A stretch of DNA of 64,000 nucleotides from Eledone cirrhosa (GCA_964016885.1 OZ024756.1:19654001-19718000); one strand, 5' to 3'; shown: positions 27,870 to 42,800, counted from the stretch's first letter. The notes: generated from the sequence alone by a model not told the origin. Numbers and translations: made by a program.

Positions 27870-28493
27870 AAGACTAAATGTTACATAACACCCATAACGA
27901 TAAACTCACTAAAGTTTACACCTCGTGCGTTGAAAGTCATATGCGGTGCGAGTGGTTTTGTTAGAAATAATACCCTATTTACACTCATTTTTATAAGCTC
28001 AACAGATAAGGAGCCGACATACAAATAAAATATAGAGTTATTAACTCATATAGATACCCTGCAATTAACAAGCTCAAAGTATAAATACTGAGCATTATAA
28101 TATTCGATGGATTGGCAGTATCGGTAGAGGGTCGGACGCCATGCTTTGACGCATAGAGTTACGGTCTTTGCCATTCTGAGTTCAAATCCCGCCGAGGTTA
28201 ACTTTGCCTTTCATCCTTACGGCGTCGATAAAGTAAAGGTACCAGTAATGAACTGGGTAATTGCTGGCCTTGTGCCTAAAGTAGAAACAATTATAATATT
28301 AATATGTGTAGAAGTAAACACAGTAAACCCATGTCTAAAATTACGAGGGTAGATTACACCACAAATGTTATATATCATTCAACCTGTTGTGGTGTAATCT
28401 ACCCTCGTAATTTTAGACATGGGTTTACTGTGTTTACTTCTACAATTATTAATATTATATATATATATATATTATTCAAAATATATATGTATA

Positions 28494-28530
<37 letters not shown>

Positions 28531-28937
28531 TGTATAGACACACACATACGTACACGCATGCACACGCACACATATATGTATATATATATCAGTATTATAT
28601 GACATACGGTGGAGTATGGATAACGATAACTATAAGAGAGAAAGAAAATCATACGTATGACGTTAATAAAACGAATCATCATTACGTAGAGAGACACAAT
28701 TGATGACGTCACCATCACAGATTGATGACATCTTTTGAAACATCTGTCGCACAAAAACACTTAGTGTAGTTATCTAATGAACTTTTTCGTTCAAACTTAT
28801 CTCATTACCTTTTAATATTTTTGTCTTCAATTATCCTAACCTTATACAACTGCCTCACCACGCTGCACTATTTTGACTTGCATGACTGGTGATATTAATA
28901 ACATATTGAACTTATCCATATATATATATTTTATTTT

Positions 28938-29016
<79 letters not shown>

Positions 29017-29188
29017 GTTTTCTGAATTTGTTTAGCAAGATTCTTTATCTGAAAACGTGTGTTGAAACCGATATTGTTATGCTTTGGGAGGGTTATGTTG
29101 TTATTTCTGTTTACCTTTTACATACACACACATACATATATATATACATATATGTGTGTGTATGAAAAAGGTAAACAGAAATAACAAC

Positions 29189-29234
<46 letters not shown>

Positions 29235-29241
29235 ATGTAGG

Positions 29242-29289
<48 letters not shown>

Positions 29290-29291
<2 letters not shown>

Positions 29292-29425
29292 CGGAGGAAA
29301 TGTGGTAAGGAACCAGGTGGACCATAACGCACCAAAGTACTCAAAACTTAGGGTAGTAGAGTGGGTAATAGGAACGAGTAGGACCCCGACGGCTGAGCTC
29401 AAGCCGTTTCGACGGCTAATTCTGG

Positions 29426-29427
<2 letters not shown>
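29290..29427 (-). mobile_element. Short repeat with the 3' half of a hammerhead; also at 14516-14530, 14592-14645, 27028-27131
   Basis: UAGCCGUC GAAA CGGCU-ugagcuc-AGCCG UC^ gggguc; every copy is flanked by (TA)n. Confidence 0.55.
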
Positions 29428-29475
<48 letters not shown>

Positions 29476-29829
29476 GAAAGAATAATGAGAAGGAAGCTGT
29501 TAAATAATAAGGAGGAATTAAAGAATAATGAGAAGGAAGCTGTTAAAACACCAACATGTCATCAATGACAGCGTCGGGTGTAATTTGCCTCAAAGGACAG
29601 AAATCAGCGGCTAGAAGTGTGTTGGCCCGCAGAAATGATAGGAAGAAAGGAGCAAAGGAAGAAAATGGACGAAACAAGATCACACAAACATCTTTTAACC
29701 TCTTCAGCTCCCAGACCGACTATGGTTTCGTACGATTTAACTTGACTGAACCACATAAAATTATCGGCTCGTGCAACAGGAAAATATATATTCTCATAGT
29801 ATCATGTTTGCGTGATAAAACGAACAAAT

Positions 29830-29902
<73 letters not shown>

Positions 29903-30025
29903 AGTTAAATGCGTCCTCTCGGCACCAAGTCGACATAATTATCATTATGGAAAATAGTCGAACATATAAGCACTGAGAGACGTAAAACCGCATTCAAAGC
30001 TCACACAACACACTACACTCGGTTA

Positions 30026-30072
<47 letters not shown>

Positions 30073-30767
30073 CATTATTTATCGTTAACAATATAAAATT
30101 TCATATAATGTTAGAGCCTCAGCAGATGAAAGTCCGGTCCCTTTGGCTATCTCTATGGCACGCCTAATTTCAAAATTGCCTTGAATTTTTTAGTAGTACA
30201 GCCCGCCATATGAAGAGTCACAATCTATGTGGCCCGCCTTATGATTAGTTATATTCTATGCGGCTCACAGCTCGAAAACGTTTGCCCTTGTCTGTTAAAT
30301 AAGTATATATATTTGTTTTATGGAACAATGTGTGTTTACATATGTTGACAGAAGGCGTATGTTATAAAATATTCCTGCAATAAAGAGACTAGACAAAAGA
30401 GAGATGCGTTAATGTGTGTGTGTTTATATAAAGAACATGAGGCGAGGGAGATAATTTGAGGTGTAAAGCCATGTTAGGTTTACTAATTACATAAAAACAT
30501 TGTCACAATCATTAAATGTCAATTCCGTTATTAAATACAACAAATACAAAAATATAAATAACATCATCAAATTTCTTGTATATATCTGGTTATTGCGAAC
30601 TTATTTCAACATTTCTAAGGTCAGCCGTTTCTTTTTCTATGACGAACAAATAAACAAATTTATATATATATATATATATATAAATGAAAAGTATAGAAAT
30701 TATTGTAGCAAGAAGCCAACAGTATTCCATAATATATATAATATAGTTTCCATTTATTTAATATCAT

Positions 30768-30802
<35 letters not shown>

Positions 30803-31032
30803 ACACAGAGACACCCATCTTTCATACATACATCAGTAATGACTGCATATACGTATGCACATGTACACATATAACTCAAAACATACAGATCTGCACATGC
30901 AATAACATCCATACTTATGCGCGTACACAGACACACACACATTTCCCTAGTTGGTGTTGTCTAAATTCCAATGAAAGAGTCACGTTTTCTATACAAGAAA
31001 TCTACTCTCTGTGTTGGTGAACATTTATAAAA

Positions 31033-31690
31033 TAATGGTTTCTACTTTAGGCACAAGGCCAGCAATTACCCAGTGCATTACTGGTACTTTATTTTATCGA
31101 CCCCGTAAGGATGAAAGGCAAAGTTAACCTCGGCGGGATTTGAACTCAGATCATAAAGGGAGGTAACTCTATGCTTCAAAGCATGGCGCCCGACCCTCTA
31201 CCGATACTGCCAATCCACTTTATAAAATAATGGTTTCTTATATAGGCACAAGGCCATCAATTTGGTGGGGAGGGAAAGTCGATTAAATCGACCCCAGTGC
31301 ATTACTGGTGCTTTATTTTCTCGACTCTGTAAGGATTAAAGGCAAAGTTAACCTTGGCGGGATTTGAACTCAGAACGTAAAGAGCCGGAATAAATGCCGC
31401 AAAGCATTTTCTCAGACAATCTAACGGTAACCACAGAAAAACATACATTATTAATACATTGGTTTCTGATTTAGGCACAAGACCAACCATTTTGTGTGTG
31501 TGTGTGTGGGGGGGGGGGGGGTGATTAAATCGACCCCAGTGCATTACTGGTGCTTTATTTTATCGACCACGTAAGAATGAATGGCAAAGCTAACCTCAGC
31601 AGGATTTGAACTCAGATCGTAAAGGAGCGTAACTCTATACCATAAAGCATGTTGTTCGACGCTCCACCGATACTACCAATCCACCGCCCT
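31033..31690 (-). mobile_element. Three tandem tRNA-SINEs
   Basis: Repeated ggatttgaactcaga plus body. Confidence 0.8.
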
Positions 31691-31849
31691 AACATACATT
31701 AATATATTGAAACTGGCTGCTCAAAGGAATATTGCTGGAGTATAAAAATAAAAATAAGTATCACCATCGAATGGCTCTTTCAGCGCGCCATATTGTCCAC
31801 CGGGGCCGTGGGGCGGTCACCACATGGGTCCCATTTGCTCACAATAGTG

Positions 31850-34800
31850 AGAGAAGGGGAGAGCAGAAGAGACGGAACGGTGACAGTGGGAGTTTGGTCC
31901 TTTTGTGTTCGGACCTGGTGTATATGAGAGGAAGGGGGGGGGAGAGCAGGGGAGACGGAGACGGAGGCGGTGACAGTGGGGGTTTGGTCCTTTTGTGTTC
32001 AGATCTGGTGTATATGAGAGAAAGGGGGGACAGCAGGGGAGACAGAGGCGGTGACAGTGGGGGTTTGGTCCTTTTGTGTTCGGACCTGGTGTATATGAGA
32101 GAAAGGGGTGACAGCAGGGGAGACAGAGGCGGTGACAGTGGGGGTTTGGTCCTTTTGTGTTCGGACCTGGTGTATATGAGAGAAAGGGGTGACAGCAGGG
32201 GAGACAGAGGCGGTGACAGTGGGGGTTTGGTCCTTTTGTGTTCGGACCTGGTGTATATGAGAGAAAGGGGGCACAGCAGGGGAGACAGAGGCGGTGACAG
32301 TGGGGGTTTGGTCCTTTTGTGTTCGGACCTGGTGTATATGAGAGAAAGGGGGGAGAGCAGGGGAGACAGAGGCGGTGACAGTGGGAGTTTGGTCCTTTTG
32401 TGTTCGGACCTGGTGTATATGAGAGAGGGGGGAGAGCAGGGGAGACGGAGACGGAGGCGGTGACAGTGGGAGTTTGGTCCTTTTGTGTTCAGACCTGGTG
32501 TATATGAGAGAAAGGAGGGAGAGCAGGGGAGACGGAACGGTGACAGTGGGAGTTTGGTCCTTTTGTGTTCAGATCTGGTGTATATGAGAGAAAGGGGGGA
32601 CAGCAGGGGAGACGGAACGGTGACAGTGGGGGTTTGGTCCTTTTGTGTTCAGATCTGGTGTATATGAGAGAAAGGGGGGACAGCAGGGGAGACAGAGGCG
32701 GTGACAGTGGGGGTTTGGTCCTTTTGTGTTCAGACCTGGTGTATATGAGAGAAAGGGGGGAGAGCAGGGGAGACGGAGGCGGTGACAGTGGGGGTTTGGT
32801 CCTTTTGTGTTCAGACCTGGTGTATATGAGAGAAAGGGGGGAGAGCAGGGGAGACGGAGGCGGTGACAGTGGGGGTTTGGTCCTTTTGTGTTCAGATCTG
32901 GTGTATATGAGAGAAAGGGGGGACAGCAGGGGAGACGGAACGGTGACAGTGGGGGTTTGGTCCTTTTGTGTTCAGATCTGGTGTATATGAGAGAAAGGGG
33001 GAGAGCAGGGGAGACGGAGGCGGTGACAGTGGGGGTTTGGTCCTTTTGTGTTCAGACCTGGTGTATATGAGAGAAAGGGGGGAGAGCAGGGGAGGCAGAG
33101 GCGGTGACAGTGGGGGTTTGGTCCTTTTGTGTTCGGACCTGGTGTATATGAGAGAAAGGGGGGCAGCAGGGGAGACAGAAGCGGTGACAGTGGGGGTTTG
33201 GTCCTTTTGTGTTCGGACCTGGTGTATATGAGAGGAAGGGGGGACAGCAGGGGAGACAGAGGCGGTGACAGTGGGGGTTTGGTCCTTTTGTGTTCAGACC
33301 TGGTGTATATGAGAGAAAGGGGGACAACAGGGGAGACAGAGGCGGTGACAGTGGGGGTTTGGTCCTTTTGTGTTCGGACCTGGCGTATATGAGAGAGGGG
33401 GGAGAGCAGGGGAGACGGAGACGGAGGCGGTGACAGTGGGAGTTTGGTCCTTTTGTGATCAGACCTGGTGTATATGAGAGACAGGGGGGACAGCAGGGGA
33501 GACGGAACGGTGACAGTGGGAGTTTGGTCCTTTTGTGTTCGGACCTGGTGTATATGAGAGAAAGGGGGGGCAGCATGGGAGACGGAACGGTGACAGTGGG
33601 GGTTTGGTCCTTTTGTGTTCGGACCTGGTGTATATAAGAGAAAGGAGGGAGAGCAGGGGAGACGGAACGGTGACAGTGGGGGTTTGGTCCTTTTGTGTTC
33701 GGACCTGGTGTATATAAGAGAAAGGAGGGAGAGCAGGGGAGACGGAACGGTGACAGTGGGGGTTTGGTCCTTTTGTGTTCGGACCTGGTGTATATGAGAG
33801 AAAGGGGGGGCAGCAGGGGAGACAGAGGCGGTGACAGTGGGGGTTTGGTCCTTTTGTGTTCGGACCTGGTGTATATGAGAGAAAGGGGGGAGAGCAGGGG
33901 AGACGGAGGTGGTGACAGTGGGGGTTTGGTCCTTTTGTGTTCAGATCTGGTGTATATGAGAGAAAGGGGGGACAGCAGGGGAGACAGAGGCGGTGACAGT
34001 GGGGGTTTGGTCCTTTTGTGTTCGGACCTGGTGTATATGAGAGAAAGGGGGGAGAGCAGAAGAGACGGAGGCGGTGACAGTGGGGGTTTGGTCCTTTTGT
34101 GTTCAGACCTGGTGTATATGAGAGACAGGGGGGGGGCAGCAGGGGAGACGAAACGGTGACAGTGGGGGTTTGGTCCTTTTGTGTTCAGACCTGGTGTATA
34201 TGAGAGACAGGGGGGGGGGGGGGGCAGCAGGGGAGACGAAACGGTGACAGTGGGGGTTTGGTCCTTTTGTGATCAGACCTGGTGTATATGAGAGAAAGGG
34301 GGGACAGCAGGGGAGACAGAGGCGGTGACAGTGGAGGTTTGGTCCTTTTGTGTTCAGACCTGGTGTATATGAGAGAAAGGGGGGCAGCAGGGGGGACGGA
34401 ACGGTGACAGTGGGGGTTTGGTCCTTTTGTGTTCGGACCTGGTGTATATGAGAGACAGGGGGGGGGGGAGGCAGCAGGGGAGACGGAACGGTGACAGTGG
34501 GGGTTTGGTCCTTTTGTGTTCAGACCTGGTGTATATGAGAGACAGGGGGGAGAGCAGGGGAGACGGAACGGTGACAGTGGGGGTTTGGTCCTTTTGTGTT
34601 CAGACCTGGTGTATATGAGAGACAGGGGAGGGCAGCAGGGGAGACGGAACGGTGACAGTGGGGGTTTGGTCCTTTTGTGATCAGACCTGGTGTATATGAG
34701 AGAAAGGGGGGACAGCAGGGGAGACAGAGGCGGTGACAGTGGAGGTTTGGTCCTTTTGTGTTCAGACCTGGTGTATATGAGAGAAAGGGAGGACAGCAGG

Positions 34801-35020
34801 GGAGACGGAACGGTGACAGTGGGGGTTTGGTCCTTTTGTGTTCAGACCTGGTGTATATGAGAGAAAGGGGGGACAGCAGGGGAGACAGAGGCGGTGACAG
34901 TGGGAGTTTGGTCCTTTTGTGTTCGGACCTGGTGTATATGAGAGACAGGGGGGACAGCAGGGGAGACAGAGGCGGTGACAGTGGGGGTTTGGTCCTTTTG
35001 TGTTCAGACCTGGTGTATAT
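31850..35020. repeat. About 81-bp minisatellite, roughly 39 copies
   Basis: ggtgacagtgggggtttggtccttttgtgttcggacctggtgtatatgagagaaaggggg... Confidence 0.95.
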
Positions 35021-35229
35021 TTGAAAACTATGGTTAATTAATGTCTCATTAAATGCCAGACAACAAATTGAAACACAACTGGCCTGATATTGTTGTTTGG
35101 GACGACACATTAAAAACATTCTCTGTTGTTGAAGTTAGCTGTCCACTTGGTGTCAAATTAGTAAGAAAAATACAAGAGGAGGAGGATATCTATGGACCAT
35201 TGATGAGGAGTTTCTAAATCAAGTACCCA

Positions 35230-35565
35230 AGGATGGATTAGTAGTATTGGTAGAGGGTCGAACGCCATGCTTTGACGCAAAGAGTTACGGCCCTTGCCAT
35301 TCTGAGTTCAAATCCCGCCGAGGTTAACTTTGCCTTTCATCCTTACGGGGCCGATAAAATAAAGTACCAGTAATCTACTGGGTAATTGCTGGCCTTGTAC
35401 CAAAAGTAGAAACAATTATTATTATTAAGGGCAGTATCGATAGAGCGTCAGACATCATGCTTTGCAGCATACAGTTATGGCCCTTTACGTTCTGAGTTCA
35501 AATCCCGCCCAGGTTAAATTTGCCTTTCATCCTTACGGGGCCGATAAAATAAAGTACCAGTAATC
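35230..35565 (+). mobile_element. Two tRNA-SINEs; two more at 36290-36675
   Basis: Same consensus. Confidence 0.8.
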
Positions 35566-35576
35566 TTTGTGTGACG

Positions 35577-36270
35577 CTAAACTCCGCCAGTTGCTGACTG
35601 CGCATCAACATGTGATATCTCTCTCCACAAAGTTTGATCACCAACAGCAGAGTTCAAAGAGCAAAGATCAAGTCCAGTCCATAAGTTGACACTGTCAAGC
35701 CATCGTTTTGGCTGCAGGCCTCTGCTTCTCTTACCAGCCAACCTTCCTTCCAGGCATAACCTACTCACACCACGAGTTGATCTTTTTATATGGCCGTATA
35801 GTTTGAGTACTCTTGACTTGACAATTGATGTAATTAGTCTAAGTTTGGTAATATTGAGCAGCTCACTGATACAGAAACGGTCGCTGAGCTGCTTGCCAGT
35901 CATAAGTTTCATGATGTGGTTCTGAAATGTAGAGAGCTTCTGAAGTGACCTTGTCGTTCAATTAACTCAGTCAAGACCATATAATGCACTAGTAGGATGT
36001 AAGTATCAAAGATCTTAGCCTCCAAATGATAGGAAACTCGTTTTGATGTTAGTACTTCTTTGTTCTTGTTGAAAGCTGCCCAACCTAGAGCGGTTTGATA
36101 TTGCGCAGCAACCATTCCGTTGTTGTTTGATAATAGTTTGTGACCGAAGTATACAAACTCCGTAACTTCAGCAATTTGCTGGTTGTAGATTGGCAGTTTT
36201 TATCAATTGTCATACATTTTGTTTTCGAGATGTTGATGTGTAAGCCAGTCTCCAGCGAATGTTTGGTCAG
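35577..36270 (-). pseudogene. RTE-type LINE 3' fragment
   Basis: GLHINISKTKCM, EVTEFVYFGH, LGWAAFNK, LKLYGHIKR, EGRLAGKRSRGLQPKRWLD; frameshifted. Confidence 0.8.
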
Positions 36271-37130
36271 TAATGCAGTAAAATTTATTATTGGAGTCGG
36301 TAGAGCGTGAGACACCAGGCTTTGCGGCATAGAGTTATGGCCCCTTACGTTCTGAGTTCAAATCCCGCCGAGGTTAGCTTTGCCTTTCTTCCTTACGTGG
36401 CCGATAAAATAAAGTACCAGTCCCAAGTTGCCGTCCTTGTACCTATAGTAGAAACAATTATTATTATTAGTGGAGCTACAAGGGCGGGGGATTGGCAGTA
36501 TCGATAGAGAGTCGGACACCATGCTTTGCAGCATAGAGTTACGGTCCTTTATGAGTTCAAATCCCGTCGAGGTTAACTTTACCTTTCATCCTTATGGGGT
36601 CGATACAATAAAGTACCAGTCATGCACTGGGGTCGATTTAATCGACTTTACCCTCCCCCAAAATTGCTGGCCTTGATATTAAATAAATGGAAACTATATT
36701 TATAAAACCATATTTATTCTATATTTATAGAATAAATATGGTTTTATAAATATAGTTTCCATTTATTTAATATCAATTGAATACTTACTCCAGAAAATCT
36801 GTCGAATGCTTTGAATCAGTTGTAAACATCTATATTTGTTGGATTTCCAACAAATTAAATATCTCTTCTACATATATATATATATATATATAGATATATA
36901 TATATATATATCGTATATATATATATATGTTATATATACATACATATCGTATATATATATATGTTATATATACATACATATCGTATATATATATATGTTA
37001 TATATATACATACATATATATATATATATATGTTATATATATACATACATATATATATATATACATACACATACATATATATACATACATACATATATAT
37101 ATATATATACATACATACACACACATATAT

Positions 37131-37174
<44 letters not shown>

Positions 37175-37229
37175 AGATGGCGTAGGACAGAACAAAGGAG
37201 AGGCACAAAAACAAAGAAAAGAATCCACA

Positions 37230-37272
37230 GTCACTGAAGAGGTCACAGAATGTGTGACGAAAGAACTTTGAC
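37230..37272 (+). ncRNA. Type I hammerhead ribozyme, minimal
   Basis: guca CUGAAGA g GUCACA-gaaug-UGUGAC GAAA GAAC UU^ ugac; one unpaired G after the core. Confidence 0.68.
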
Positions 37273-37449
37273 AATATATGAAAAATCGTCTGGTTGTGGA
37301 ACCAACCAACCAACCAACCGGAAATGTATAATAAGTGAAAGCAACTGGTGCGTGTGTTTCTTATTGGCAACATGACCCTCCCAAAGCATAACAATATCGG
37401 TTTCAACACACGTTTTCAGATAAAGAATCTTGCTAAACAAATTCAGAAA

Positions 37450-37503
<54 letters not shown>

Positions 37504-37606
37504 CATACATATATACATATATAGTAAGCGGGATCATCAGATAAGGCAGGCATTTATTGTAATTATATTAGAAGTTATTTACAACCAGAGTTACAGATTT
37601 TGACCT

Positions 37607-38133
37607 CGTGTTTGTTTATTTTCCTTCTAACCTCGACTCTTCTAATAAATGTTAAGGATCTTCACACTTTTCTATCAATACGATGCTAAATACGACACAC
37701 ACACTTATACATAGACCCCCCCCCCCCCATTGTGTCGTTTCATCTGCTAGAAATAGCAGCCAGATATCCCTCGTTCCACCCGCTTCTGTTTATTTTCTTC
37801 CTAACCTCGACTTTTCATATAAATGTTAAGGATCTTCACACTTTTCTATCAATACTATGCTAAGTACGACACACACACACATATACATGGAGCCCCCTGA
37901 GGTGTCGTTTCATCTGCTAAAAATAGCAACCAGATATCCCCCAATCCACATCCTTCTGTTTATTTTCCTCCTAACCTCGACTCTTCTAATAAATGTTAAG
38001 GATCTTCTCATTTGTCTATGATACGATGCTAAATACGACACACACACACACAAATATATATGGAGCCCCCTATGGTGTCTTTTCATCTGTTAGAAATAGC
38101 AGCCAGATATCCCTCGATCCATATCCTTCTGTC
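37607..38133. repeat. Three diverged tandem copies of about 170 bp
   Basis: tgtttattttc..ctaacctcgact...tttcatctgctagaaatagcagccagatatccc occurs three times. Confidence 0.85.
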
Positions 38134-38260
38134 TTAAATTTGGAAGGGAACGTTATGTAACGTAGTCTTAGAAAACAACAACACGGTTATGATGACAGAG
38201 AATGTTTTGATAATGTGTCGGTCTGCCACCTTGCCTACAGCTGAAATGAAGCTAAACCAG

Positions 38261-38300
<40 letters not shown>

Positions 38301-38476
38301 GATACACACACACACACACATCTCTCTCTTTCCCCTTCTACAAATATATTCGCTCTTGCACTTTCCCTTTTAAGAAAACAATGGTCAACTTTTACGAATG
38401 ATATCAGTGACATAATCGAGATAGTAGAATATATGGATTTAAACAACTACGTATCTTGTATACTGTCTAGTTTTTA

Positions 38477-38756
38477 TCTATATATCTAAAACAGAGAATG
38501 TCTCTTTGTCCCTAAAACTCGAGAACCACCCAACCGATTTTTTTCAAACTTTACACATGTAATACTTATGGTCCTGTGAGTGTCTTGAGCAAAAAAAAAT
38601 TCAGGCGATTTAGGCGATCTCTCTATAATTCTTAGTCTTTTTTTTTAGATAGATACATAGATATAACGCTGCGCCCTTATAATGTCTGTATGTCTGGCTG
38701 TCTGCATTACATTATGACGCTGTGTGTGTGTGTTTGTGTGTATATATGTATATATA

Positions 38757-38787
<31 letters not shown>

Positions 38788-39065
38788 GTGTTTAACGTTT
38801 TTCGAAATATTTACTTCTGCGCTCACAGATTGATTTTTTTTAGTTTCAGAAGATCCCGTTAAGGGTGAAAGCACCGATTCTTTGCTTAAACTTTAACCTG
38901 TTATTTTAATATATATATATATATATATATATTCGTATACAGATATTTTTGCATACACAATATAAACAAACGTATTTATTTCACGAGGCTCGATAAGGAT
39001 AAATATATATAAAATATATAAGAACCCTAGAGCAAATCCCGAGCAACACCGGGCCATTCTGCTAG
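38477..39065 (+). mobile_element. Non-autonomous Helitron
   Basis: a|TC start, cccgagcaacaccggg hairpin, CTAG|t end; same family as 51483-52072. Confidence 0.78.
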
Positions 39066-39322
39066 TATTAACTAAATGAGGGGAACGTCTTCTCCCTCCT
39101 TCTGTCACAAACACACATTCTCTCTCTTTCTAAACAAATGACATATCTTTCGCTCTCCCTCTCGCTATATAGATGAAGGCGACGTCATAACTTTCTATCT
39201 ATCTCTTTCTGTCACCTCGAAAGCACATGGCGTTCCTTTTCTCTGTTTATATCTATTTACATATCTCTCGTTTGGTGATTCCTAAAGTGAGCGTGACGGA
39301 CGGACAGACAACGCTCTTATTA

Positions 39323-39496
39323 CAGGTAAAATTCCGTTATAACGAATACCATTATAATGAATTCTTCAGTATAACGAAATTTTTTTCAATCCCCGGCCAC
39401 ACGTTCGATGTGTTAGGTCGATATCGTTATAAAGAATTTTTCGTTACAACGAATTTTTTTAATACCCGTGAATTTCGTTATAACGGAATTTCACTG
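39323..39496. mobile_element. pogo/Tigger-type MITE
   Basis: ta|CAGGTAAAATTCCGTTATAACGAA ... TTCGTTATAACGGAATTTCACTG|ta. Confidence 0.75.
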
Positions 39497-39809
39497 TATA
39501 CATAACATAGATTATAATAGAAGAGTCATTTGTTGTTTTCTGGTCACTGCGATCAATGGATAATAGCTGGCTTGTGTCTGTATATAAATGTGATATCAGA
39601 TAAAGATAATCGCCCTCCCCCGTCTGTCACACTTACACAGACAGACAGACACGTGTCTGTATGTAATTATAACGATAACGATAATCGCCACCATCCCTCT
39701 CTCACAAACACGTGCGTGCATATAAATATTTTTTTTTTTGTAAAACATTTGTGTCAAATTCCTTTCCTTCAGCTCGCCCCCAGCCATGACACCCACACGT
39801 CTTCAATGC

Positions 39810-42800
39810 TACTCTCCAGCCGTGACAACTTACCCTCATTTTTAACGGCGCTCTCCAGCCGTGACGATCCACCCTACTTTTTAACGGCGCTCTCCAGCCG
39901 TGACGATTCACCCTACTTTTTAACGGCGCTCTCCAGCCGTGACAACTTACCCTCATTTTTAACGGCGCTCTCCAGCCGTGACGATCCACCCTACTTTTTA
40001 ACGGCGCTCTCCAGCCGTGACGATCCACCCTACTTTTTAACGGCGCTCTCCAGCCGTGACAACTTACCCTCATTTTTAACGGCGCTCTCCAGCCGTGACG
40101 ATCCACCCTACTTTTTAACGGCGCTCTCCAGCCGTGACGATCCACCCTACTTTTTAACGGCGCTCTCCAGCCGTGACAACTTACCCTCATTTTTAACGGC
40201 GCTCTCCAGCCGTGACGATCCACCCTACTTTTTAACGGCGCTCTCCAGCCGTGACGATCCACCCTACTTTTTAACGGCGCTCTCCAGCCGTGACAACTTA
40301 CCCTCATTTTTAACGGCGCTCTCCAGCCGTGACGATCCACCCTACTTTTTAACGGCGCTCTCCAGCCGTGACGATACACCCTACTTTTTAACGGCGCTCT
40401 CCAGCCGTGACGATACACCCTACTTTTTAACGGCGCTCTCCAGCCGTGACGATCCACCCTACTTTTTAACGGCGCTCTCCAGCCGTGACGATCCACCCTA
40501 CTTTTTAACGGCGCTCTCCAGCCGTGACGATACACCCTACTTTTTAACGGCGCTCTCCAGCCGTGACGATACACCCTACTTTTTAACGGCGCTCTCCAGC
40601 CGTGACGATCCACCCTACTTTTTAACGGCGCTCTCCAGCCGTGACGATCCACCCTACTTTTTAACGGCGCTCTCCAGCCGTGACGATCCACCCTACTTTT
40701 TAACGGCGCTCTCCAGCCGTGACGATCCACCCTACTTTTTAACGGCGCTCTCCAGCCGTGACGATCCACCCTACTTTTTAACGGCGCTCTCCAGCCGTGA
40801 CGATCCACCCTACTTTTTAACGGCGCTCTCCAGCCGTGACGATCCACCCTACTTTTTAACGGCGCTCTCCAGCCGTGACGATCCACCCTCATTTTTAACG
40901 GCGCTCTCCAGCCGTGACGATCCACCCTCATTTTTAACGGCGCTCTCCAGCCGTGACGATCCACCCTCATTTTTAACGGCGCTCTCCAGCCGTGACGATC
41001 CACCCTCATTTTTAACGGCGCTCTCCAGCCGTGACGATCCACCCTCATTTTTAACGGCGCTCTCCAGCCGTGACGATCCACCCTATTTTTTAACGGCGCT
41101 CTCCAGCCGTGACGATCCACCCTACTTTTTAACGGCGCTCTCCAGCCGTGACGATCCACCCTACTTTTTAACGGCGCTCTCCAGCCGTGACGATCCACCC
41201 TACTTTTTAACGGCGCTCTCCAGCCGTGACAACTTACCCTCATTTTTAACGGCGCTCTCCAGCCGTGACGATCCACCCTACTTTTTAACGGCGCTCTCCA
41301 GCCGTGACGATCCACCCTACTTTTTAACGGCGCTCTCCAGCCGTGACGATCCACCCTACTTTTTAACGGCGCTCTCCAGCCGTGACGATCCACCCTACTT
41401 TTTAACGGCGCTCTCCAGCCGTGACGATCCACCCTACTTTTTAACGGCGCTCTCCAGCCGTGACAACTTACCCTCATTTTTAACGGCGCTCTCCAGCCGT
41501 GACGATCCACCCTACTTTTTAACGGCGCTCTCCAGCCGTGACGATACACCCTACTTTTTAACGGCGCTCTCCAGCCGTGACGATACACCCTACTTTTTAA
41601 CGGCGCTCTCCAGCCGTGACGATCCACCCTACTTTTTAACGGCGCTCTCCAGCCGTGACGATCCACCCTACTTTTTAACGGCGCTCTCCAGCCGTGACGA
41701 TACACCCTACTTTTTAACGGCGCTCTCCAGCCGTGACGATACACCCTACTTTTTAACGGCGCTCTCCAGCCGTGACGATCCACCCTACTTTTTAACGGCG
41801 CTCTCCAGCCGTGACGATCCACCCTACTTTTTAACGGCGCTCTCCAGCCGTGACGATCCACCCTACTTTTTAACGGCGCTCTCCAGCCGTGACGATCCAC
41901 CCTACTTTTTAACGGCGCTCTCCAGCCGTGACGATCCACCCTACTTTTTAACGGCGCTCTCCAGCCGTGACGATCCACCCTACTTTTTAACGGCGCTCTC
42001 CAGCCGTGACGATCCACCCTACTTTTTAACGGCGCTCTCCAGCCGTGACGATCCACCCTACTTTTTAACGGCGCTCTCCAGCCGTGACGATCCACCCTAC
42101 TTTTTAACGGCGCTCTCCAGCCGTGACGATCCACCCTACTTTTTAACGGCGCTCTCCAGCCGTGACGATACACCCTACTTTTTAACGGCGCTCTCCAGCC
42201 GTGACGATCCACCCTACTTTTTAACGGCGCTCTCCAGCCGTGACAACTTACCCTCATTTTTAACGGCGCTCTCCAGCCGTGACAACTTACCCTCATTTTT
42301 AACGGCGCTCTCCAGCCGTGACGATCCACCCTACTTTTTAACGGCGCTCTCCAGCCGTGACGATCCACCCTACTTTTTAACGGCGCTCTCCAGCCGTGAC
42401 GATCCACCCTACTTTTTAACGGCGCTCTCCAGCCGTGACGATCCACCCTACTTTTTAACGGCGCTCTCCAGCCGTGACGATCCACCCTACTTTTTAACGG
42501 CGCTCTCCAGCCGTGACGATCCACCCTACTTTTTAACGGCGCTCTCCAGCCGTGACGATCCACCCTCATTTTTAACGGTGCTCTCCAGCCGTGACGATCC
42601 ACCCTCATTTTTAACGGCGCTCTCCAGCCGTGACGATCCACCCTATTTTTTAACGGCGCTCTCCAGCCGTGACGATCCACCCTACTTTTTAACGGCGCTC
42701 TCCAGCCGTGACGATCCACCCTACTTTTTAACGGCGCTCTCCAGCCGTGACGATCCACCCTCATTTTTAACGGCGCTCTCCAGCCGTGACGATCCACCCT

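Noticed and set aside
28700-28752. UUGAUGA...GAAACAUCUGUC
   Set aside because: No C3, no helix II adjacent to GAAA and no helix I.
31732-35119. Repetitive ORFs (GGDSGGLVLLCSDLVYMRERG)
   Set aside because: The 80/81/87-bp units shift frame freely through G-run length changes; minisatellite.
37388-37425. Hammerhead-like CUGAAAACGUGUGUUGAAAC (also 29049 and 44468)
   Set aside because: G8 is missing in all three copies and no helix I closes; repeat family only.
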